This document shows, one piece after another, positions 32,565 to 41,693 of a stretch of DNA of 64,000 nucleotides (the stretch's first letter is position 1; each line of letters opens with the position of its first letter). Both the position numbers and the translations under genes were made by a program. The notes under the pieces are model-generated. The model was not told where the DNA came from. It searched no databases and saw only the letters and a list, made by a program, of their open reading frames with translations. The DNA lies in assembly GCA_029240245.1 (NCBI GenBank), contig JARBTJ010000001.1:63273-127272 (forward strand), read 5' to 3'. The stretch is from Herbinix sp. GTDB lineage: Bacteria; Bacillota; Clostridia; Lachnospirales; Lachnospiraceae.

Positions 32565-33233
32565 CTATATGTGCTTAATAATGCTATCCGGCTGAAACGG
32601 TTTCGCCACAAAAGCATCTGCTTGAAGATCCAATGCTCTTCGCACATTTTCTTCCATACATTGTGCTGAAAGCATAATCACTTTAACTTCAGGGTGACTT
32701 TTCTTTATCTGTTCAAGCGTTTCCAGACCATTTATGCCCGGCATCTTTATATCTAGAATACACACGTCAATTTGCTCATCATCAAGCATTCTGAGTGCCA
32801 ATAATCCATTCTCCGCTTGAACAACCGAATGCCCTGACTTTTCCAGCATATCGTTCAACATCATTCGCATAAAGTCTGAATCATCAACTATCAAAACCCT
32901 TTTCCGTGTTCCGTCACTACTTGGTTCAAAACTATCAAATATGCTGTCAATCTGACTTTGATTTAGCAAAGCGCTTGTATCAATAACCTTGGCCATTGCC
33001 AAAAAAGAGGCTTCATCCATGGTAATCGTTCCTGGATTCTCACAACCTAATAACTTATCAGCAGATATGCATAATGTTTTCACTAACAACGGTACCATTG
33101 CAATATCAGGATAAGATATTCCACACTCCCATCTCGAAACTGCCTGTGGGCTTACATGCAACTTAGCCGCAAATTCTTCTTGCGTTAAGCTCATAAATGT
33201 ACGACGATTTTTGATTATATTTCCAATATCCAT
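32565..33233 (-). CDS. Xre-HTH / CheY-like receiver fusion protein
   Basis: LTQEEFAAKLHVSPQAVSRWE; RVLIVDDSDFMRMML...LDIKMP...KPF. Confidence 0.88.
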   Translation of the reverse strand: MDIGNIIKNRRTFMSLTQEEFAAKLHVSPQAVSRWECGISYPDIAMVPLLVKTLCISADKLLGCENPGTITMDEASFLAMAKVIDTSALLNQSQIDSIFDSFEPSSDGTRKRVLIVDDSDFMRMMLNDMLEKSGHSVVQAENGLLALRMLDDEQIDVCILDIKMPGINGLETLEQIKKSHPEVKVIMLSAQCMEENVRRALDLQADAFVAKPFQPDSIIKHI

Positions 33234-33266
33234 AGAGTTTCATCTCCTATCTTATTTGTCATATTA

Positions 33267-33416
33267 AGGCGATTGCGAAACACATATACTGTATTAATTG
33301 CGCACACAACATATACTACTTAGGAGCGGAAGTTAAGCCCATAGGAAACGCTTAAGCGGAGGAATAGTATGTGTTGTGTGTGCAATAGCAAAATCTATAT
33401 TGTTTCGCAAACGCCT
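33267..33416. mobile_element. 150-bp palindromic MITE-like element, full copy
   Basis: Near-identical to 23014-23163; degenerate flanking repeat TTTGTCATATTA / TTTGTCTTTATTA. Confidence 0.85.
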
Positions 33417-33549
33417 TTTGTCTTTATTATATCTGGAAAAATGAGGCTAGTCACTCAATTGACAATTGAACGCTCTGATTATTCCCTTTAGAAAAAGGTT
33501 CGTTAAATCCGGTAATAATAATGCAATAATTCCCTGATGATTTATCTAC

Positions 33550-34869
33550 TTAATTGCATTTGATTTCTACTTTAATTGGATTGCTCAAGTCCACAGAAGG
33601 GGCATAAATCCACTCAATAAGGTAGTTATTTTCTTCAAAATTCGGTATCTCAAAATCCTCATAATGGAGGGTGACATCATCATTTGAATGCCAAAAAATG
33701 TTGTTCAGGTAATACGTGTTTCCATTAATATCGGAAAATCTCATTGATGCTGCCTGAGCATATGCATCATTATGCTGAACGGACAGAGTCTTTTCCAAAG
33801 AAACTGCAAGGGTACCATCACCACCCAATACCATAGATGAAACACGAACACCTTCCGGTATGTTTTCTATACTACGATTTTTAAAGCTGATGATACCTTT
33901 CTGCGAATCCTTATCCATAAAAGCAACTGATGTTATTACAGCTGTTATTGACTTGGCTTTCGCAAAATATGGGCTTTCATACCATCTCTCGAGAACCTCC
34001 CCATTATGAGATGTCATTCCATCTCCAAGTGCAGGAAAGGAATTACCCTTTTCATCATATAGAGTGATTTGAATGTCATTGAGTAGAGCCGAATTATTGC
34101 CATCTGTACTGAAATAGAGTTTTGATTTCGTGGGATATACCGCAAGCTTGTCAAGAATGATTGTCTGCCCATTGATCTCCAATGTCTTATTAATAGGATA
34201 TGAGTCAACTACGGTTGCATAATAGCTGTCAGGATATAAAGTGAATTGTATACTTGCAACTACGGTTGAAAAGCTTTCCTGGTTATCATTCCAACTTAAA
34301 AAATTGATGGGAAATTCAAAGGATTTCGGGATTTCTGTATTATCATTAAGATCCATTCGAAATTCATACAAATTCTTAACATTAGTCTCACTCAATCCAC
34401 CACTTCCCGTCAGTACGTTCCCATTGGAATCTAAACGGTCATCAATTGTAAAAAATATAGAATCATGATTATCCGCAATGCGAGGTGTGTCACATTCAAA
34501 GAATACGGAGATACTTCCGGCATCCACTACCATATAGTATACTTTAGCACTATAACCATGATCCGACGCACTTACACCGACATACTGAGCATATTCATTA
34601 TTAAGGCAGGCTTTCATACTTGGGTCATAAGTTACTGCAGCCACAAGCTCACGCAATCCGGGAATGCTTCTCATGGCATAAGCAGTAGCTGGGAAAAGAT
34701 TTATGGTTCCGACAAAAATTAGAAATACAGCAGCAACTGAGGCGATTGTATTTATCCAAACAATATGTTTGTGTTTGGCTGTTAACGGTTTAATTGAGGT
34801 CTCTAAACTTTCGTCGAGAAATTGATCTTCTATCAAATTCATGCTTTCAAATAATTTGTCTCCATTCAT
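33550..34869 (-). CDS. Anti-sigma factor, DUF4179-like
   Basis: INLFPATAYAMRSIPGL...YDPSMKACLNNEYAQ; homologous to 30787-32172. Confidence 0.8.
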   Translation of the reverse strand: MNGDKLFESMNLIEDQFLDESLETSIKPLTAKHKHIVWINTIASVAAVFLIFVGTINLFPATAYAMRSIPGLRELVAAVTYDPSMKACLNNEYAQYVGVSASDHGYSAKVYYMVVDAGSISVFFECDTPRIADNHDSIFFTIDDRLDSNGNVLTGSGGLSETNVKNLYEFRMDLNDNTEIPKSFEFPINFLSWNDNQESFSTVVASIQFTLYPDSYYATVVDSYPINKTLEINGQTIILDKLAVYPTKSKLYFSTDGNNSALLNDIQITLYDEKGNSFPALGDGMTSHNGEVLERWYESPYFAKAKSITAVITSVAFMDKDSQKGIISFKNRSIENIPEGVRVSSMVLGGDGTLAVSLEKTLSVQHNDAYAQAASMRFSDINGNTYYLNNIFWHSNDDVTLHYEDFEIPNFEENNYLIEWIYAPSVDLSNPIKVEIKCN

Positions 34870-35414
34870 ATTATGATTCCCTCCTGAGCTAAATATTTTT
34901 GAAATTTATTTCGGGTACGTAGTAAGCGCATCTTTACTGCACTTTCTTTTAAGCCGAATTGTTTGGCAAGCGCCTTGATTGTTGCTGCCTGCCAATATCG
35001 TTTCACAAACAAGATTCGTTCATTTGAAACTAAGGATGCCATAAATCCATTAATTAAAATTTTTAGTTCGGCGTCTCCATATTCATCATTTTTGTTCGGC
35101 ATGCATTGTTCTAATTCCGTCCAAATATCATTTAATTCACAGTGCTTTCTTTCTTCCCGTGCGCTTCGATAACGGTCAATCGCAAGATTACGACTAATAC
35201 GCGCAGCATATGCTTTTAATGAGGAAGGAGATTGCGGAGGAATCGTATTCCACAGTTTTAAATAAGTGTCGTGGGCACATTCTTCTGCATCACATTGATT
35301 ACCTGTAATATTAAATGCAATGCTCATAAGAAGCGAATGATACTTGCCTTTCATTTCTGAAATTGCCTGTTCGCTTCGTTCGCAAAATAAGCCAATCATT
35401 TCAAAATCATCCAT
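34866..35414 (-). CDS. ECF RNA polymerase sigma factor
   Basis: DAEEC..DTYLKLWNTIPP..LKAYAARISRNLAIDRYR; FVKRYW..VKMRLLRTR. Confidence 0.92.
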   Translation of the reverse strand: MDDFEMIGLFCERSEQAISEMKGKYHSLLMSIAFNITGNQCDAEECAHDTYLKLWNTIPPQSPSSLKAYAARISRNLAIDRYRSAREERKHCELNDIWTELEQCMPNKNDEYGDAELKILINGFMASLVSNERILFVKRYWQAATIKALAKQFGLKESAVKMRLLRTRNKFQKYLAQEGIII

Positions 35415-35695
35415 TCTGTGTTCCTTTCATCTATGTAAGGCCTTCAATTATTAAGACGCAGAATTTGTCTGCTACGTCACATATATTAAAAAAAATAATT
35501 AACTAATAATTACTAAAATCATAAATAATAATAAATAAAAGTTGAATGACTGAATAATAAACAATAAAAAAAGCACCTGGTCCATCTATACGGAAACAGT
35601 CTGCTCGAAAATTCTTATTTATTTTCCATACTCTCGATTTTATATTATATCAAATTGTTCTAATAACTTCCACCATGTTCTGCCATTACATCTAA

Positions 35696-35761
35696 AATAG
35701 CCTCGGATTTTGAGTCTGAGGCTACCTTATACTATCTCTGCAAATCTCTATCAGTATCCTA
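35696..35761 (-). pseudogene. Last codons and terminator of a MobV relaxase gene (DTDRDLQR*) fused directly to an element end
   Basis: Matches the ends of the mob copies at 42290-42350 and 47213-47280, including the AGCC...GGCTA hairpin. Confidence 0.65.
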
Positions 35762-35802
35762 TATCTATACTGAAAAATGTCATATATAAACCTTTGATAT
35801 TT

Positions 35803-36015
35803 TTTTGCACAACTGTTGCACACAGAGTAATTTCCAGTACGTTTGACAACATTGCACAACATCTGTAGCCCCTTGTAAAATCGTGTGAAACCGGGCTTTT
35901 CCTGATAAATGCGTTGACCGCTTTTTATCTCTTTGATATCTGAATAAAACTGTAAAACCGCATGGATGCTGGCTTGTTTGGTAGTGATATTAGTTACGTG
36001 TGTTTTACTCGGGAC
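35803..36015. repeat. att junction: TGTTGCACAC-type arm / core TTATCTCTTTGA (35925) / TTAGTTAC-type arm
   Basis: Direct repeat of about 200 bp with 44380-44580. Confidence 0.8.
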
Positions 36016-36036
36016 ATTTCTGGATTTCTTAATACA

Positions 36037-36960
36037 CTACTCTCCTGAGAAATATTCCAATAATTCCTTGTACCGATCTTGCGCTGAATAGCAAGTTTCT
36101 ATAAGATATCCTCTTTCTTCCGAAAATTCCTTTAATCCCCTATAATAAAATATTTTATGTTGCTCATCAATAATAAACGGATCTATCCCATTCTTCAAAC
36201 ACTCTTTAAAAATAATTATTCTCCCAACTCTTCCATTTCCATCTTGAAAAGGATGAATGATTTCAAAGTTATAATGAAATTCTATAATATCCTCAAAAGT
36301 CACTTTTGAAATTTGATTATAATTAATAAGCAATTTTGTCATTTCACCTTTTACTTTTGAAGGCACAACTGTTTTTTGATCCCCAACCATATTTGGTTTC
36401 CTTTTATAATCACCCACATTAAACCATTCTTTTCTACTATCTGAAGTATTATTTTTCAAAAATTTATGGAATTCTTTTATAATATCTTCCGATAACTTTT
36501 GATCTGCTATATCTAGCATGTAGTCAAAGCACTGAAAATGATTTATTGTTTCCACAATATCATCAACTGAAGCCGTTTCACCTTTCTCAATAGCGATTGT
36601 ATTCGTTTCATAAATATCTCTGGTCTGATCTTCTGATAGTTTACTACCTTCAATACGATTTGAATTATATGTTAGTTTAACTTGTGTTTGATGATACAAT
36701 CCACCCTTTAACTTCATTCCTTTTTCTTCTCTAAGTAAATTAAGTAAGCGATTATCAGTAGTGTTACACATCTCCATAATATCACCCGGTTGGCAATTTA
36801 ATGTTTTGCATATATCATCAATAATTTTTATTGATACATTTTCATTCTTTGAAAGTTTTGCCATTGTAGTTGATGACATTCCTATACGCTTCTGTAGCTC
36901 GGTCTTGGTAATATTTTTTTCTGAAAGTAATTGAAATAGCTTTGTATACTGAATAGGCAT
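36037..36960 (-). CDS. Cro/C1-HTH fused Fic-family protein
   Basis: N-terminal HTH (KLSKNENVSI..ICKTLNCQPGDIME); canonical Fic motif HPFQDGNGRVGR. Confidence 0.92.
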   Translation of the reverse strand: MPIQYTKLFQLLSEKNITKTELQKRIGMSSTTMAKLSKNENVSIKIIDDICKTLNCQPGDIMEMCNTTDNRLLNLLREEKGMKLKGGLYHQTQVKLTYNSNRIEGSKLSEDQTRDIYETNTIAIEKGETASVDDIVETINHFQCFDYMLDIADQKLSEDIIKEFHKFLKNNTSDSRKEWFNVGDYKRKPNMVGDQKTVVPSKVKGEMTKLLINYNQISKVTFEDIIEFHYNFEIIHPFQDGNGRVGRIIIFKECLKNGIDPFIIDEQHKIFYYRGLKEFSEERGYLIETCYSAQDRYKELLEYFSGE

Positions 36961-36992
36961 ATAATCACACTCCTTTTCATTAGTATATCATA

Positions 36993-37107
36993 ATTCTTTA
37001 CTATTATAAAGCTAATTCATTTATTCTTTACATTTATAAATCTAATTCATTTTTCTTTATATTTATAAAGCTACTTCATTTTTCTTTACAGTTATAAACT
37101 TCATTTT
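36993..37107. repeat. Four tandem 25-30-bp repeats, each with near-palindromic CTTTAnnnTTATAAA(G); putative operators of the HTH-Fic protein
   Basis: Read directly in the promoter region of the fic gene. Confidence 0.75.
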
Positions 37108-37115
37108 TATGTACA

Positions 37116-37312
37116 CAAAAAAACCTCCCAAGGCAAAATGTCCTGAGAGGTTCTGAATTGTTTTGAGTTGTTCTGAGATCCTGCGTTGCTGAAATGCCTA
37201 TCTCTTTGAGAAAGTTTGGAGATCTTGAGAAGCCCGGAAACAAAGGGTTTGTTGTAATCATTGTTGCAAACGAGTTTCATACCCACGACGTTTTATTACG
37301 TCTCAGGACGTT
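37116..37312. repeat. Cassette att site T1: terminator + 10-bp-phased repeats / core CTATCTCTTTGAGAA (37198) / TGTTGCAAAC arm
   Basis: Repeat of about 200 bp shared with 38025-38194 and 39641-39840; the core equals the rpsI 3' end. Confidence 0.85.
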
Positions 37313-37360
37313 GAATACTGTTAACAAAAATTCTTACTACGTAACTTGATACTTTAAAAA

Positions 37361-37660
37361 CTATTTACTCATACCATCATAATGGGTCCACATGCGCACA
37401 ATCTTAATGGTACCTTCATATTCCGTATTGTCAATCTCTATTTTATCACCGTACACTTGATAAACTAATCTATGCTTAATGTTAATTCTTCTTGAATAAA
37501 ATCCATCTAGATTGCCAACCAATCCTTCATATGGGGGTGGATTCTTAAATGGATCATTTCTAATAATTTCAATCAACTCTTTTGCCTTAATTGAAAGGCC
37601 TGCTGCCTTCAGATTTTTGATATCCTTTGCCGCCTGTTTTGTATATAGGATTTGATACAC
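37361..37660 (-). CDS. Txe/YoeB-family toxin
   Basis: NDPFKNPPPYEGLVGNLDGFYSRRINIKHRLVY...MWTHY. Confidence 0.92.
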   Translation of the reverse strand: MYQILYTKQAAKDIKNLKAAGLSIKAKELIEIIRNDPFKNPPPYEGLVGNLDGFYSRRINIKHRLVYQVYGDKIEIDNTEYEGTIKIVRMWTHYDGMSK

Positions 37661-37912
37661 TTACCATTCCACCTCATCTTCTGCTAAGCAATCATCAATC
37701 GGTGTTTTGCCACCTTCCACAATAGATTCTGTCAAACCCGGCACCGACATCAGGTATAATGTTTCCTGTACCGCATTCCAATCATCTTCAGATAAAATAA
37801 CTGCATTTTTCCCTCGACTATTTGTAATGGTAATAGCAGAATTATTAGCATTCACATCTGATATAAGTTGATATAAATTCTCTCTGGCTTTTGTTGCACT
37901 TATCGCAGTCAT
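37661..37912 (-). CDS. Phd/YefM-family antitoxin
   Basis: ATKARENLYQLI...NAVILSEDDWNAVQETLYL. Confidence 0.92.
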   Translation of the reverse strand: MTAISATKARENLYQLISDVNANNSAITITNSRGKNAVILSEDDWNAVQETLYLMSVPGLTESIVEGGKTPIDDCLAEDEVEW

Positions 37913-37936
37913 ATAATCATCTCCTCTTTTTTCTTA

Positions 37937-37965
37937 ATTATAGCGTACGTTTTAGCGTACGTCAA
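37937..37965 (-). promoter_or_regulatory. Sigma-A promoter TTGACG-17-TATAAT containing two CGTACG palindromes 12 bp apart (TA operator)
   Basis: Read directly; same geometry as YefM-YoeB operators. Confidence 0.8.
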
Positions 37966-38024
37966 TGTTTATATATTATTTTATGCAAATCGTCAAAAAA
38001 AATTCATTGTACCAAAATAATGCT

Positions 38025-38194
38025 AAAAACCTCCCAAGACAAATGTCCTGAGAGGTTCTGAATTGTTTTGAGTTGTAATACGGTGTTGTGGATTGTAATT
38101 TCTATCTCTTTGAGAACCGTTTGAGAGCTTGAAAGGCCCGGAAATATAAGGTTTATTGAACTCGTTGTTGCAAACACATTTCACACCCACGACG
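38025..38194. repeat. Cassette att site T2, core at 38102
   Basis: Homologous to T1 and T3. Confidence 0.85.
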
Positions 38195-38204
38195 GCTTAT
38201 ATAA

Positions 38205-38433
38205 TTAAGCCACTTTACTATAATCAATAATTGAAATTTCCTGCATCAACTTCTTTGCTTGTTCAACAATATCTTCTAGATGCTTTACAACATCAGCTGT
38301 ATTAACAGCTCGGAAGTGGCTTGTCAACTTCATACAATTTAATTGTTTCACCTGTATTAATGTACTGCCTTATATCATCAACCTTTATACCTCGTTCTAC
38401 CAACCGATCTTTCGTATGCTTTGTAATAGCTTT
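38205..38433 (-). pseudogene. Collapsed DUF4258-toxin / YgiT(MqsA)-type antitoxin pair (internal deletion)
   Basis: Manual translation ITKHTKDRLVERGIKVDDI...TGETIKLYEVDKPLPSC* followed by TADVVKHLEDIVEQAKKLMQEISIIDYSKVA*. Confidence 0.65.
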
Positions 38434-38504
38434 ATGCTCAAGTATATTTATTTCAGTAAAATCCGTAACCTGATACAAGCACTCTTCCCACTAACACACT
38501 CCAT

Positions 38505-39503
38505 TCACATATAGCGTTTCATCCCAGTCTTAAAATACTCTAAGGCCTTTAGTTTTTTAACACGTCGCAATTTGATCTTGCACACATCACATATCTGTTC
38601 TAATCCAGACTCTACAATAACATTAGTAACCTGTATTTCCTTTGGTGCTCCATAGGCAAATATAAAGCCGACTATTTCTTCTGCTAATTCCACGATCGGA
38701 TCTGTTCCAGGTTCCTTCATTTCGCATTTGATAATCATTTCTGATTTTGCATCTGCGATTAAGCACATTACCGGATTGGCCGGACGATCATACTTTTTAT
38801 CACCAACAGACACTCCCATAGGTGAAATATCAACTTCTAAATACATTTTTCCCTTTGGCACATTAGCCAACTCTTGCAATAATTCATCGTCTGATATAAT
38901 CAGATTACCAAACTGAAATGCAGTAAATGGCAATGGTTTTTCACCAAAACTCCAAGTTTTTTTATTTTTATTAATATTTCCATTATCAAAACTAACTGCT
39001 ATTCCAGCTTCTACATAGTATTTCAATGCACGTTCCAAATCATTCATATACTCTGTCATTCGCTGCACTTCATCAAAACTTAAATTAAATGGATAATAAC
39101 CCGGCTCAAATGACAGAAAATACAACCATTGATTTTTTCCACGGTATTTATATCCCAATTCCTTAATAACATTTCTTTGCTTATCAGTTAATTCTTCACG
39201 ATTACCCCAATAGCAGGTTTAATTTTTCTGATTAAACATCACATATTCATTTGATAAATTTAACCGTTGCTGCATTGTTAACATTAAATACTGATTAAAC
39301 GCCTCATATCCTTCATAGACTGCAATTCCATAACATTCTCCACCACGACCAAGAATACTGTAAAATACCGTCTCTTCTTCTTTCCCGCATTGAATCCCAA
39401 TCAAATCCATATCCCACAAATATTCCCATGGCTTCATTTGTTGAATTCGTGTAGTAACTTCATACAAAGACTTCCAATCTTCAATACTTGCCTCTTTTCT
39501 CAT
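38505..39503 (-). pseudogene. Conserved hypothetical gene split by one in-frame TAA at 39219-39221
   Basis: The two track ORFs are in frame with a 20-codon bridge TCYWGNREELTDKQRNVIKE. Confidence 0.75.
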
Positions 39504-39640
39504 TGTTCAACCTCTTCTAATTTTGTATATTACTCAAATGGAAGTAACACAACTGCTATAGACAGCACACTCTCACTAGTTGGTGCAATCATACCAATCT
39601 TCCTATATGTCAATCTTTAATGTAAGTATATCACAGTTGT

Positions 39641-39840
39641 CAAAAAAAACATCCCAAGACAGAAATTGTCCTGAGATGTTGTCGACTGTTTTGAAACGTC
39701 CTGAAATGCTCTGAGAGGTAATGACTATCTCTTTGTCAACCGTTTGAGAGCTTGAAAAGCCCAGATATATAGGGTTTGTAGTATTTATTGTTGCACACTT
39801 GTTTCACACCCACGACGTTTTATTACGTCTCAGGACGTTT
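39641..39840. repeat. Cassette att site T3, core at 39725; left end of the deleted IME
   Basis: Homologous to T1 and T2; arm repeats TGTTGCACACT TGTTTCACACC at 39789-39810. Confidence 0.85.
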
Positions 39841-39981
39841 CTTATTCAGACACTTTTATTTTTTGATGAAAAGTGTGGTGCGAGTCTTATGAGAATTTGA
39901 AGTGTAAAAAGCGCTCACATTAGCTAACTTTAAGCCCTATCTATTCCTTGTTTTGTGCAAATATTTTATTCTATTTCTGTT

Positions 39982-40878
39982 CTACGCATGAGATAACGTT
40001 GGAAATATACACCTCTTTTGTTCAAACGAATCAAAACCTTTACCTTTTACGAATAATGTTGTATTTTTTTTGCATAGCTTCTCAACTTGATATCCTTGAT
40101 TACTTAACGGTGTAAACCCATGTATCACTTTGTTAATATTTTCTCCGAATGCTTCAATAATAATATCCACATCTACTACTTTTTCCGAAAAAATATTATG
40201 TAAAATCAGTTTATCTTCATTAATTTCTGCAATTACATAGGCACTTTCGCCTTCAACATAATAAACATTGCTTTGCATAAATTGTGTAACATAAAACATA
40301 ATTAATTCAATATTATTTTTCATTTCAAACGCACAGTTGTTTACAGAGTTTTCTATTGCTTTCTCTAATAATGACCAGTTTTCTTTGTTATTCATTTGAA
40401 TTTGTCGAACCTGCTTGTCACTCGCCATGCCGACTTCCTTAAATTTATTAGATATTACTTTGAAATACTGATATTCTGTACTTATTTTATATCCAAACTT
40501 GGGATAAAACTCCAAAACACTGTCATTGGCAAAAAGATAAATACCATCAACAGTATCATAATAGTCCTTATCAATCTCCAGCATGATTGTTTTTATAAAT
40601 CCCATCTTGCGATATTTTTTATCTGTCATAACTGTACCAAGCTGCAAATACTTTTCACTTTTTCCGTTGGATATAAACTCCATTTTATTTACAGAAACAT
40701 TCGCCACAACTTTATTGTCGATCACTATAGAATATGGATTATATTTATCTGTCCAATAGCCATTTTTATACCAGTCTTCAAAATTGATACCAAAGGTATC
40801 ATTTGCCAACTCATTAAAGCTATTTCTTAAAAACTCATCATCTCTGTAACTTTTTCTTAAGTCAAATTGTTCTATCAC
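39982..40878 (-). CDS. GNAT-family N-acetyltransferase
   Basis: VVANVSV...QLGTVMTDKKYRKMG...LFANDSVLEFYPKFGY. Confidence 0.9.
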   Translation of the reverse strand: MIEQFDLRKSYRDDEFLRNSFNELANDTFGINFEDWYKNGYWTDKYNPYSIVIDNKVVANVSVNKMEFISNGKSEKYLQLGTVMTDKKYRKMGFIKTIMLEIDKDYYDTVDGIYLFANDSVLEFYPKFGYKISTEYQYFKVISNKFKEVGMASDKQVRQIQMNNKENWSLLEKAIENSVNNCAFEMKNNIELIMFYVTQFMQSNVYYVEGESAYVIAEINEDKLILHNIFSEKVVDVDIIIEAFGENINKVIHGFTPLSNQGYQVEKLCKKNTTLFVKGKGFDSFEQKRCIFPTLSHA

Positions 40879-41456
40879 TATAACTCTCCCTTTATTTCAA
40901 TATTTATTTTATGTTCTTGTTTTTCTTCTGACACGACAATAATACCCGCCTTTTCCAATCCTTTGACCCCTGATCTAGTAAGATTTAATATCTCTGAGAC
41001 TACTTTATCAATTCGTACTTTCAGTGCATAACTGTTGTTAACTACTAATAAATCACCTTCATGAAAAAATTGATCTGTTTCAACCAGCATATCATTTTTC
41101 CTATTAATAATATACTTAATATTTGACCAATCCACTTCTACTCTATTTCTGGCAAAAAACTGACTGTCGGTTCCATACCCAAACGCTAATTTGCTAGAAT
41201 TTCTTAAGTATCCCTTGTATTCTTCTTTCACTAGGGACTCTGGTCTACATCTTTCATATACTGTCAAATTATTAGTATGTTTACATTTTATACATTGGTA
41301 AATCAACCATACATCTATTTTATTTCCATTTGCATTTACACGAAAGCTGTTTGTGTTATGAAATGCTGTTTTGCATCCACATCCCGAACAGTTTCTTAAT
41401 ATCTTAAAGGATTCCTCTGGAATTATTGTATATTCTATTTTTCTTAAATAGCTCAT
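40878..41456 (-). CDS. DUF1062-like protein
   Basis: CxxC...FRVNANGNKIDVWLIYQCIKCKHT.N..VYER. Confidence 0.75.
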   Translation of the reverse strand: MSYLRKIEYTIIPEESFKILRNCSGCGCKTAFHNTNSFRVNANGNKIDVWLIYQCIKCKHTNNLTVYERCRPESLVKEEYKGYLRNSSKLAFGYGTDSQFFARNRVEVDWSNIKYIINRKNDMLVETDQFFHEGDLLVVNNSYALKVRIDKVVSEILNLTRSGVKGLEKAGIIVVSEEKQEHKINIEIKGEL

Positions 41457-41538
41457 TTTGCATCTCCTTAACGATTAATAAATGGATTTGCAAAGTGCTA
41501 TTACATAATCATTTAATTTTTATTTGCAATAGCCTTTG

Positions 41539-41565
41539 CTATGCAAAACAAACAGGTGTAGTCAT
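41539..41565 (-). CDS. Putative leader peptide MTTPVCFA
   Basis: Strong RBS AGGAGG; the stop codon overlaps a conserved hairpin. Confidence 0.55.
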   Translation of the reverse strand: MTTPVCFA

Positions 41566-41693
41566 AAAATATTCCTCCTAAAATAAATTGCTTATTTAAG
41601 TTTAGAAGATATTACATTTAATTTCTACCTTAAATATTTTTCTAAAAAAAAATGAGCCAATTACAATTTGGAATCAGCTCAATAAAACAGTAT

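Noticed and set aside
35732-35741. CTATCTCT as another att core
   Set aside because: Explained as the stop region of a mob gene remnant; lacks TTTG and a following arm
36993-37107. About 30-bp repeats as a mini-CRISPR
   Set aside because: Units are directly tandem with no unique spacers
37076-37261. 61-aa minus-strand ORF
   Set aside because: Lies entirely over att site T1 and its terminator
37116-39840. Repeats T1-T3 as a CRISPR array
   Set aside because: Repeats are about 200 bp, the intervals are 0.7-1.4 kb of genes, and there are no cas genes
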